A DNA stretch of 64,000 nt, taken from Balanoglossus misakiensis. Lineage: Eukaryota; Animalia; Hemichordata. The position numbers were made by a program, and so were the translations under genes. This document shows positions 12,406 through 23,864 of this stretch, in pieces. Every line of letters starts with the position of its first letter. Positions within the stretch are counted from its first letter, which is position 1. Below the pieces are notes generated by a model that worked only from the letters and a program-made list of their open reading frames with translations, was not told the DNA's origin and did not search any database. Location of the stretch: positions 1 through 64,000 of the forward strand of contig CM082587.2 of NCBI GenBank assembly GCA_040954595.2. The letters are read 5' to 3'.

Positions 12406-15400
12406 AGGTTGGCCTCCACTTCTGGTCGTAGCCTGGCGGTCGAAGGGGTTGGGTATCAGGTTGGCCTCCGCTTCCGGCCGTAGCCTGGCGGTCGAAGGGG
12501 TTGGGTATCAGGTTGGCCTCCGCTTCCGGCCGTAGCCTGGCGGGCGAAGGGGTTGGGTATCTGGTTGGCCTCCGCTTCCGGCCGTAGCCTGGCGGTCGAA
12601 GGGGTTGGGTATCTGGTTGGCCTCCGCTTCCGGCCGTAGCCTGGCGGTCGAAGGGGTTGGGTATCAGGTTGGCCTCCGCTTCCGGCCGTAGCCTGGCGGT
12701 CGAAGGGGTTGGGTATCAGGTTGGCCTCCGCTTCCGGCCGTAGCCTGGCGGTCGAAGGGGTTGGGTATCAGGTTGGCCTCCGCTTCCGGCCGTAGCCTGG
12801 CGGTCGAAGGGGTTGGGTATCAGGTTGGCCTCCGCTTCCGGCCGTAGCCTGGCGGTCGAAGGGGTTGGGTATCAGGTTGGCCTCCGCTTCCGGCCGTAGC
12901 CTGGCGGTCGAAGGGGTTGGGTATCAGGTTGGCCTCCGCTTCCGGCCGTAGCCTGGCGGTCGAAGGGGTTGGGTATCAGGTTGGCCTCCGCTTCCGGCCG
13001 TAGCCTGGCGGTCGAAGTGGTTGGGTATCAGGTTGGCCTCCGCTTCCGGCCGTAGCCTGGCGGTCGAAGGGGTTGGGTATCAGGTTGGCCTCCGCTTCCG
13101 GCCGTAGCCTGGCGGTCGAAGGGGTTGGGTATCAGGTTGGCCTCCGCTTCCGGCCGTAGCCTGGCGGTCGAAGGGGTTGGGTATCAGGTTGGCCTCCGCT
13201 TCCGGCCGTAGCCTGGCGGTCGAAGGGGTTGGGTATCAGGTTGGCCTCCGCTTCCGGCCGTAGCCTGGCGGTCGAAGGGGTTGGGTATCAGGTTGGCCTC
13301 CGCTTCCGGCCGTAGCCTGGCGGTCGAAGGGGTTGGGTATCTGGTTGGCCTCCGCTTCCGGCCGTAGCCTGGCGGTCGAAGGGGTTGGGTATCAGGTTGG
13401 CCTCCGCTTCCGGCCGTAGCCTGGCGGTCGAAGGGGTTGGGTATCAGGTTGGCCTCCGCTTCCGGCCGTAGCCTGGCGGTCGAAGGGGTTGGGTATCAGG
13501 TTGGCCTCCGCTTCCGGCCGTAGCCTGGCGGTCGAAGGGGTTGGGTATCAGGTTGGCCTCCGCTTCCGGCCGTAGCCTGGCGGTCGAAGGGGTTGGGTAT
13601 CAGGTTGGCCTCCGCTTCCGGCCGTAGCCTGGCGGTCGAAGGGGTTGGGTATCAGGTTGGCCTCCGCTTCCGGCCGTAGCCTGGCGGTCGAAGGGGTTGG
13701 GTATCAGGTTGGCCTCCGCTTCCGGCCGTAGCCTGGCGGTCGAAGGGGTTGGGTATCAGGTTGGCCTCCGCTTCCGGCCGTAGCCTGGCGGTCGAAGGGG
13801 TTGGGTATCAGGTTGGCCTCCGCTTCCGGCCGTAGCCTGGCGGTCGAAGGGGTTGGGTATCAGGTTGGCCTCCGCTTCCGGCCGTAGCCTGGCGGTCGAA
13901 GGGGTTGGGTATCAGGTTGGCCTCCGCTTCCGGCCGTAGCCTGGCGGTCGAAGGGGTTGGGTATCAGGTTGGCCTCCGCTTCCGGCCGTAGCCTGGCGGT
14001 CGAAGGGGTTGGGTATCAGGTTGGCCTCCGCTTCCGGCCGTAGCCTGGCGGTCGAAGGGGTTGGGTATCAGGTTGGCCTCCGCTTCCGGCCGTAGCCTGG
14101 CGGTCGAAGGGGTTGGGTATCAGGTTGGCCTCCGCTTCCGGCCGTAGCCTGGCGGTCGAAGGGGTTGGGTATCAGGTTGGCCTCCGCTTCCGGCCGTAGC
14201 CTGGCGGTCGAAGGGGTTGGGTATCAGGTTGTCCTCCGCTTCCGGCCGTAGCCTGGCGGTCGAAGGGGTTGGGTATCAGGTTGTCCTCCGCTTCCGGCCG
14301 TAGCCTGGCGGTCGAAGGGGTTGGGTATCAGGTTGTCCTCCGCTTCCGGCCGTAGCCTGGCGGTCGAAGGGGTTGGGTATCAGGTTGGCCTCCGCTTCCG
14401 GCCGTAGCCTGGCGGTCGAAGGGGTTGGGTATCAGGTTGGCCTCCGCTTCCGGCCGTAGCCTGGCGGTCGAAGGGGTTGGGTATCAGGTTGGCCTCCGCT
14501 TCCGGCCGTAGCCTGGCGGTCGAAGGGGTTGGGTATCAGGTTGGCCTCCGCTTCCGGCCGTAGCCTGGCGGTCGAAGGGGTTGGGTATCAGGTTGGCCTC
14601 CGCTTCCGGCCGTAGCCTGGCGGTCGAAGGGGTTGGGTATCTGGTTGGCCTCCGCTTCCGGCCGTAGCCTGGCGGTCGAAGGGGTTGGGTATCAGGTTGG
14701 CCTCCGCTTCCGGCCGTAGCCTGGCGGTCGAAGGGGTTGGGTATCAGGTTGGCCTCCGCTTCCGGCCGTAGCCTGGCGGTCGAAGGGGTTGGGTATCAGG
14801 TTGGCCTCCGCTTCCGGCCGTAGCCTGGCGGTCGAAGGGGTTGGGTATCAGGTTGGCCTCCGCTTCCGGCCGTAGCCTGGCGGTCGAAGGGGTTGGGTAT
14901 CAGGTTGGCCTCCGCTTCCGGCCGTAGCCTGGCGGTCGAAGGGGTTGGGTATCAGGTTGGCCTCCGCTTCCGGCCGTAGCCTGGCGGTCGAAGGGGTTGG
15001 GTATCAGGTTGGCCTCCGCTTCCGGCCGTAGCCTGGCGGTCGAAGGGGTTGGGTATCAGGTTGGCCTCCGCTTCCGGCCGTAGCCTGGCGGTCGAAGGGG
15101 TTGGGTATCAGGTTGGCCTCCGCTTCCGGCCGTAGCCTGGCGGTCGAAGGGGTTGGGTATCAGGTTGGCCTCCGCTTCCGGCCGTAGCCTGGCGGTCGAA
15201 GGGGTTGGGTATCAGGTTGGCCTCCGCTTCCGGCCGTAGCCTGGCGGTCGAAGGGTTGGGTATCAGGTTGGCCTCCGCTTCCGGCCGTAGCCTGGCGGTC
15301 GAAGGGGTTGGGTATCAGGTTGGCCTCCGCTTCCGGCCGTAGCCTGGCGGTCGAAGGGGTTGGGTATCAGGTTGGCCTCCGCTTCCGGCCGTAGCCTGGC

Positions 15401-18235
15401 GGTCGAAGGGGTTGGGTATCAGGTTGGCCTCCGCTTCCGGCCGTAGCCTGGCGGTCGAAGGGGTTGGGTATCAGGTTGGCCTCCGCTTCCGGCCGTAGCC
15501 TGGCGGTCGAAGGGGTTGGGTATCAGGTTGTCCTCCGCTTCCGGCCGTAGCCTGGCGGTCGAAGGGGTTGGGTATCAGGTTGTCCTCCGCTTCCGGCCGT
15601 AGCCTGGCGGTCGAAGGGGTTGGGTATCAGGTTGGCCTCCGCTTCCGGCCGTAGCCTGGCGGTCGAAGGGGTTGGGTATCAGGTTGGCCTCCGCTTCCGG
15701 CCGTAGCCTGGCGGTCGAAGGGGTTGGGTATCAGGTTGGCCTCCGCTTCCGGCCGTAGCCTGGCGGTCGAAGGGGTTGGGTATCAGGTTGGCCTCCGCTT
15801 CCGGCCGTAGCCTGGCGGTCGAAGGGGTTGGGTATCAGGTTGGCCTCCGCTTCCGGCCGTAGCCTGGCGGTCGAAGGGGTTGGGTATCAGGTTGGCCTCC
15901 GCTTCCGGCCGTAGCCTGGCGGTCGAAGGGGTTGGGTATCAGGTTGGCCTCCGCTTCCGGCCGTAGCCTGGCGGTCGAAGGGGTTGGGTATCAGGTTGGC
16001 CTCCGCTTCCGGCCGTAGCCTGGCGGTCGAAGGGGTTGGGTATCAGGTTGGCCTCCGCTTCCGGCCGTAGCCTGGCGGTCGAAGGGGTTGGGTATCAGGT
16101 TGGCCTCCGCTTCCGGCCGTAGCCTGGCGGTCGAAGGGGTTGGGTATCAGGTTGGCCTCCGCTTCCGGCCGTAGCCTGGCGGTCGAAGGGGTTGGGTATC
16201 AGGTTGGCCTCCGCTTCCGGCCGTAGCCTGGCGGTCGAAGGGGTTGGGTATCAGGTTGGCCTCCGCTTCCGGCCGTAGCCTGGCGGTCGAAGGGGTTGGG
16301 TATCAGGTTGGCCTCCGCTTCCGGCCGTAGCCTGGCGGTCGAAGGGGTTGGGTATCAGGTTGGCCTCCGCTTCCGGCCGTAGCCTGGCGGTCGAAGGGGT
16401 TGGGTATCAGGTTGGCCTCCGCTTCCGGCCGTAGCCTGGCGGTCGAAGGGGTTGGGTATCAGGTTGGCCTCCGCTTCCGGCCGTAGCCTGGCGGTCGAAG
16501 GGGTTGGGTATCAGGTTGGCCTCCGCTTCCGGCCGTAGCCTGGCGGTCGAAGGGGTTGGGTATCAGGTTGGCCTCCGCTTCCGGCCGTAGCCTGGCGGTC
16601 GAAGGGGTTGGGTATCAGGTTGGCCTCCGCTTCCGGCCGTAGCCTGGCGGTCGAAGGGGTTGGGTATCAGGTTGGCCTCCGCTTCCGGCCGTAGCCTGGC
16701 GGTCGAAGGGGTTGGGTATCAGGTTGGCCTCCGCTTCCGGCCGTAGCCTGGCGGTCGAAGGGGTTGGGTATCAGGTTGGCCTCCGCTTCCGGCCGTAGCC
16801 TGGCGGTCGAAGGGGTTGGGTATCAGGTTGGCCTCCGCTTCCGGCCGTAGCCTGGCGGTCGAAGGGGTTGGGTATCAGGTTGGCCTCCGCTTCCGGCCGT
16901 AGCCTGGCGGTCGAAGGGGTTGGGTATCAGGTTGGCCTCCGCTTCCGGCCGTAGCCTGGCGGTCGAAGGGGTTGGGTATCAGGTTGGCCTCCGCTTCCGG
17001 CCGTAGCCTGGCGGTCGAAGGGGTTGGGTATCAGGTTGGCCTCCGCTTCCGGCCGTAGCCTGGCGGTCGAAGGGGTTGGGTATCAGGTTGGCCTCCGCTT
17101 CCGGCCGTAGCCTGGCGGTCGAAGGGGTTGGGTATCAGGTTGGCCTCCGCTTCCGGCCGTAGCCTGGCGGTCGAAGGGGTTGGGTATCAGGTTGGCCTCC
17201 GCTTCCGGCCGTAGCCTGGCGGTCGAAGGGGTTGGGTATCAGGTTGGCCTCCGCTTCCGGCCGTAGCCTGGCGGTCGAAGGGGTTGGGTATCAGGTTGGC
17301 CTCCGCTTCCGGCCGTAGCCTGGCGGTCGAAGGGGTTGGGTATCAGGTTGGCCTCCGCTTCCGGCCGTAGCCTGGCGGTCGAAGGGGTTGGGTATCAGGT
17401 TGGCCTCCGCTTCCGGCCGTAGCCTGGCGGTCGAAGGGGTTGGGTATCAGGTTGGCCTCCGCTTCCGGCCGTAGCCTGGCGGTCGAAGGGGTTGGGTATC
17501 AGGTTGGCCTCCGCTTCCGGCCGTAGCCTGGCGGTCGAAGGGGTTGGGTATCAGGTTGGCCTCCGCTTCCGGCCGTAGCCTGGCGGTCGAAGGGGTTGGG
17601 TATCAGGTTGGCCTCCGCTTCCGGCCGTAGCCTGGCGGTCGAAGGGGTTGGGTATCTGGTTGGCCTCAGCTTCCGGCCGTAGCCTGGCGGTCGAAGGGGT
17701 TGGGTATCAGGTTGGCCTCCACTTCCGGCCGTAGCCTGGCGGTCGAAGGGGTTGGGTATCAGGTTGGCCTCCGCTTCCGGCCGTAGCCTGGCGGTCGAAG
17801 GGGTTGGGTATCAGGTTGGCCTCCGCTTCCGGCCGTAGCCTGGCGGTCGAAGGGGTTGGGTATCAGGTTGGCCTCCGCTTCCGGCCGTAGCCTGGCGGTC
17901 GAAGGGGTTGGGTATCAGGTTGGCCTCCGCTTCCGGCCGTAGCCTGGCGGTCGAAGGGGTTGGGTATCAGGTTGGCCTCCGCTTCCGGCCGTAGCCTGGC
18001 GGTCGAAGGGGTTGGGTATCAGGTTGGCCTCCGCTTCCGGCCGTAGCCTGGCGGTCGAAGGGGTTGGGTATCAGGTTGGCCTCCGCTTCCGGCCGTAGCC
18101 TGGCGGTCGAAGGGGTTGGGTATCAGGTTGGCCTCCGCTTCCGGCCGTAGCCTGGCGGTCGAAGGGGTTGGGTATCAGGTTGGCCTCCGCTTCCGGCCGT
18201 AGCCTGGCGGTCGAAGGGGTTGGGTATCTGGTTGG
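12406..18235. repeat. 52-bp GC/CpG-rich satellite, ~112 copies
   Basis: Unit CAGGTTGGCCTCCGCTTCCGGCCGTAGCCTGGCGGTCGAAGGGGTTGGGTAT (5 CpG per unit), with rare SNPs. Confidence 0.97.
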
Positions 18236-21200
18236 TGTGGTGAATCCGGGCCAAGTTGCCGGCGACTTCCGGTCGTAACGGCGCGGTGAATCTGGGCCAA
18301 GTTGCCGGCGACTTCCGGTCGTAACGGCGCAAGAATCTGGGCCAAGTTGCCGGAGACTTCCTGTGAATCCGGGCCAAGTTGCGGCAACTTCCGGTCGTAA
18401 CGGCGCGGTGAATCAGGGCCAAGTTGCCGGCGACTTCCGGTGGTAACGGTGCGGTGAATCTGGGCCAAGTTGCCGGCGACTTCCGGTCGTAACGGCGCAA
18501 GAATCTGGACCAAGTTGCCGGAGACTTCCTGTGAATCCGGGCCAAGTTGCGGCGACTTCCGGTCGTAACAGCGCGGTGAATCAGGGCCAAGTTGCCGGCG
18601 ACTTCCAGTGGTAACGGCGCGGTGAATCTGGGCCAAGTTGCCGGCGACTTCCGGTCGTAACGAAGGGGTTGGGTATCAGGTTGGCCTCCACTTCCGGCCG
18701 TAGCCTGGCGGTCGAAGGGGTTGGGTATCAGGTTGGCCTCCACTTCCGGCCGTAGCCTGGCGGTCGAAGGGGTTGGGTATCAGGTTGGCCTCCACTTCCG
18801 GCCGTAGCCTGGCGGTCGAAGGGGTTGGGTATCAGGTTGGCCTCCACTTCCGGCCGTAGCCTGGCGGTCGAAGGGGTTGGGTATCAGGTTGGCCTCCACT
18901 TCCGGCCGTAGCCTGGCGGTCGAAGGGGTTGGGTATCAGGTTGGCCTCCACTTCCGGCCGTAGCCTGGCGGTCGAAGGGGTTGGGTATCAGGTTGGCCTT
19001 CACTTCCGGCCGTAGCCTGGCGGTCGAAGGGGTTGGGTATCAGGTTGGCCTCCACTTCCGGCCGTAGCCTGGCGGTCGAAGGGGTTGGGTATCTGGTTGG
19101 TGTGGTGAATCCGGGCCAAGTTGCCGGCGACTTCCGGTCGTAACGGCGCGGTGAATCTGGGCCAAGTTGCCGGCGACTTCCGGTCGTAACGGCGCGGTGA
19201 ATCTGGGCCAAGTTGCCGGCGACTTCCGGTCGTAACGGCGCAAGAATCTGGGCCAAGTTGCCGGAGACTTCCTGTGAATCCGGGCCAAGTTGCGGCAACT
19301 TCCGGTCGTAACGGCGCGGTGAATCAGGGCCAAGTTGCCGGCGACTTCCGGTGGTAACGGTGCGGTGAATCTGGGCCAAGTTGCCGGCGACTTCCGGTCG
19401 TAACGGTGCAAGAATCTGGACCAAGTTGCCGGAGACTTCCTGTGAATCCGGGCCAAGTTGCGGCGACTTCCGGTCGTAACAGCGCGGTGAATCAGGGCCA
19501 AGTTGCCGGCGACTTCCAGTGGTAACGGCGCGGTGAATCTGGGCCAAGTTGCCGGCGACTTCCGGTCGTAACGAAGGGGTTGGGTATCAGGTTGGCCTCC
19601 ACTTCCGGCCGTAGCCTGGCGGTCGAAGGGGTTGGGTATCAGGTTGGCCTCCACTTCCGGCCGTAGCCTGGCGGTCGAAGGGGTTGGTTATCAGGTTGGC
19701 CTTCACTTCCGGCCGTAGCCTGGCGGTCGAAGGGGTTGGGTATCAGGTTGGCCTCCACTTCCGGCCGTAGCCTGGCGGTCGAAGGGGTTGGGTATCAGGT
19801 TGGCCTCCACTTCCGGCCGTAGCCTGGCGGTCGAAGGGGTTGGGTATCAGGTTGGCCTCCACTTCCGGCCGTAGCCTGGCGGTCGAAGGGGTTGGGTATC
19901 AGGTTGGCCTTCACTTCCGGCCGTAGCCTGGCGGTCGAAAGGGTTGGGTATCAGGTTGGCCTCCACTTCCGGCCGTAGCCTGGCGGTCGAAGGGGTTGGG
20001 TATCTGGTTGGTGTGGTGAATCCGGGCCAAGTTGCCGGCGACTTCCGGTCGTAACGGCGCGGTGAATCTGGGCCAAGTTGCCGGCGACTTCCGGTCGTAA
20101 CGGCGCAAGAATCTGGGCCAAGTTGCCGGAGACTTCCTGTGAATCCGGGCCAAGTTGCGGCAACTTCCGGTCGTAACGGCGCGGTGAATCAGGGCCAAGT
20201 TGCCGGCGACTTCCGGTGGTAACGGTGCGGTGAATCTGGGCCAAGTTGCCGGCGACTTCCGGTCGTAACGGTGCAAGAATCTGGACCAAGTTGCCGGAGA
20301 CTTCCTGTGAATCCGGGCCAAGTTGCGGCGACTTCCGGTCGTAACAGCGCGGTGAATCAGGGCCAAGTTGCCGGCGACTTCCAGTGGTAACGGCGCGGTG
20401 AATCTGGGCCAAGTTGCCGGCGACTTCCGGTCGTAACGAAGGGGTTGGGTATCAGGTTGGCCTCCACTTCCGGCCGTAGCCTGGCGGTCGAAGGGGTTGG
20501 GTATCAGGTTGGCCTCCACTTCCGGCCGTAGCCTGGCGGTCGAAGGGGTTGGGTATCAGGTTGGCCTCCACTTCCGGCCGTAGCCTGGCGGTCGAAGGGG
20601 TTGGGTATCAGGTTGGCCTCCACTTCCGGCCGTAGCCTGGCGGTCGAAGGGGTTGGGTATCAGGTTGGCCTCCACTTCCGGCCGTAGCCTGGCGGTCGAA
20701 GGGGTTGGGTATCAGGTTGGCCTCCACTTCCGGCCGTAGCCTGGCGGTCGAAGGGGTTGGGTATCAGGTTGGCCTCCACTTCCGGCCGTAGCCTGGCGGT
20801 CGAAGGGGTTGGGTATCAGTTTGGCCTCCACTTCCGGCCGTAGCCTGGCGGTCGAAGGGGTTGGGTATCAGGTTGGCCTCCACTTCCGGCCGTAGCCTGG
20901 CGGTCGAAGGGGTTGGGTATCTGGTTGGCCTCCACTTCCGGCCGTAGCCTGGCGGTCGAAGGGGTTGGGTATCTGGTTGGCCTCCACTTCCGGCCGTAGC
21001 CTGGCGGTCGAAGGGGTTGGGTATCAGGTTGGCCTCCACTTCCGGCCGTAGCCTGGCGGTCGAATGGGTTGGGTATCAGGTTGGCCTCCACTTCCGGCCG
21101 TAGCCTGGCGGTCGAAGGGGTTGGGTATCTGGTTGGCGTGGTGAATCCGGGCCAAGTTGCCGGCGACTTCCGGTCGTAACGGCGCGGTGAATCTGGGCCA

Positions 21201-23864
21201 AGTTGCCGGCGACTTCCGGTCGTAACGGCGCAAGAATCTGGGCCAAGTTGCCGGAGACTTCCTGTGAATCCGGGCCAAGTTGCGGCAACTTCCGGTCGTA
21301 ACGGCGCGGTGAATCAGGGCCAAGTTGCCGGCGACTTCCGGTGGTAACGGTGCGGTGAATCTGGGCCAAGTTGCCGGCGACTTCCGGTCGTAACGGCGCA
21401 AGAATCTGGGCCAAGTTGCCGGAGACTTCCTGTGAATCCGGGCCAAGTTGCGGCGACTTCCGGTCGTAACAGCGCGGTGAATCAGGGCCAAGTTGCCGGC
21501 GACTTCCGGTGGTAACGGCGCGGTGAATCTGGGCCAAGTTGCCGGCGACTTCCGGTCGTAACGAAGGGGTTGGGTATCAGGTTGGCCTCCACTTCCGGCC
21601 GTAGCCTGGCGGTCGAAGGGGTTGGGTATCAGGTTGGCCTCCGCTTCCGGCCGTAGCCTGGCGGTCGAAGGGGTTGGGTATCAGGTTGGCCTCCGCTTCC
21701 GGCCGTAGCCTGGCGGTCGAAGGGGTTGGGTATCAGGTTGGCCTCCGCTTCCGGCCGTAGCCTGGCGGTCGAAGGGGTTGGGTATCAGGTTGGCCTCCGC
21801 TTCCGGCCGTAGCCTGGCGGTCGAAGGGGTTGGGTATCAGGTTGGCCTCCGCTTCCGGCCGTAGCCTGGCGGTCGAAGGGGTTGGGTATCAGGTTGGCCT
21901 CCGCTTCCGGCCGTAGCCTGGCGGTCGAAGGGGTTGGGTATCAGGTTGGCCTCCGCTTCCGGCCGTAGCCTGGCGGTCGAAGGGGTTGGGTATCAGGTTG
22001 GCCTCCGCTTCCGGCCGTAGCCTGGCGGTCGAAGGGGTTGGGTATCAGGTTGGCCTCCGCTTCCGGGCAAAGTTGCTTGCGACTTCCGGTCGTAACGGCG
22101 CGGTGAATCCGGGCCAGGTTGCCGGCGACTTCCGGTGGTAACGGCGCGGTGAATCTGGGCCAAGTTGACGGAGACTTCCTGTGAATCCGGGCCAAGTTGC
22201 CAGTGACTTCCGGTGGTAACGGCGCGGTGAATCTGGGCCAAGTTGCCGGCGACTTCCTGTCGTAACGGCGCGGTGAATCTGGGCCAAGTTGATGGCGACT
22301 TCCTGTGAATCTGGGCCAAGTTGCCGGCGACTTCCTGTCGTAACGGCGCGGTGAATCTGGGCAAAGTTGCCGGCGACTTCCGGTCGTAACGGCGCGGTGA
22401 ATCCGGGCCAAGTTGCCGGCGACTTCCGGTGGTAGCGGCGCGGTGAATCTGGGCCAAGTTGCCGTTGATTTCCTGTGGTAACGGCGCGGTGAATCTGGGC
22501 CAAGTTGATGGCGACTTCCTGTGAATCCGGGCCAAGTTGCCGGCGACTTCCGGTGGTAATGGCGCGGTGAAACTGAGCCAAGTTGCCGGCGACTTCCTGT
22601 CGTAACGGCGCGGTGAATCAGGGCAAAGTTGCCGGCGACTTCCGGTCGTAACGGCGCGGTGAATCCGGGCCAAGTTGATGGCGACTTCCTGTGAATCCGG
22701 GCCAAGTTGCCGGAGACTTCCTGTCGTAACGGCGCGGTGAATCTGGGCAAAGTTGCCGGCGACTTCCGGTCGTAACGGCGCGGTGAATCTGGGCCAAGTT
22801 TCCGTTGATTTCCTTTGGTAACGGCGCGGTGAATCTGGGCCAAGTTGATGGCGACTTCCTGTGAATCCGGGCCAAGTTGCCGGCGACTTCCGGTGGTAAT
22901 GGCGCGGTGAAACTGAGCCCAGTTGCCGGCGACTTCCTGTCGTAACGGCGCGGTGAATCTGGGCAAAGTTGCCGGCGACTTCCGGTCGTAACGGCGCGGT
23001 GAATCCGGGCCAAGTTGATGGCGACTTCCTGTGAATCCGGGCCAAGTTGCCGCCGACTTCCTGTCGTAACGGCGCGGTGAATCTGGGCAAAGTTGCCGGC
23101 GACTTCCGGTCGTAACGGCGCGGTGAATCCGGGCCAAGTTGCCGGAGACTTCCTGTGAATCCGGGCCAAGTTGCCAGCGACTTCCGGTCGTAACGGCGCA
23201 AGAATCTGGGCCAAGTTGCCGGAGACTTCCTGTGAATCCGGGCCAAGTTGCGGCGACTTCCGGTCGTAACAGCGCGGTGAATCAGGGCCAAGTTGCCGGC
23301 GACTTCCGGTGGTAACGGCGCGGTGAATCTGGGCCAAGTTGCCGGCGACTTCCGGTCGTAACGAAGGGGTTGGGTATCAGGTTGGCCTCCACTTCCGGCC
23401 GTAGCCTGGCGGTCGAAGGGGTTGGGTATCAGGTTGGCCTCCGCTTCCGGCCGTAGCCTGGCGGTCGAAGGGGTTGGGTATCAGGTTGGCCTCCGCTTCC
23501 GGCCGTAGCCTGGCGGTCGAAGGGGTTGGGTATCAGGTTGGCCTCCGCTTCCGGCCGTAGCCTGGCGGTCGAAGGGGTTGGGTATCAGGTTGGCCTCCGC
23601 TTCCGGCCGTAGCCTGGCGGTCGAAGGGGTTGGGTATCAGGTTGGCCTCCGCTTCCGGCCGTAGCCTGGCGGTCGAAGGGGTTGGGTATCAGGTTGGCCT
23701 CCGCTTCCGGCCGTAGCCTGGCGGTCGAAGGGGTTGGGTATCAGGTTGGCCTCCGCTTCCGGCCGTAGCCTGGCGGTCGAAGGGGTTGGGTATCAGGTTG
23801 GCCTCCGCTTCCGGCCGTAGCCTGGCGGTCGAAGGGGTTGGGTATCAGGTTGGCCTCCGCTTCC
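18236..23864. repeat. Interdigitated zone: 46/32-bp satellite cassettes alternating with 52-bp runs (higher-order repeat)
   Basis: 46-mer cassettes at ~18236-18661, 19101-19572, 20012-20437, 21137-21562 and 22065-23362, separated by 52-mer runs. All share the right junction CGTAAC|GAAGGGG. Confidence 0.93.
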
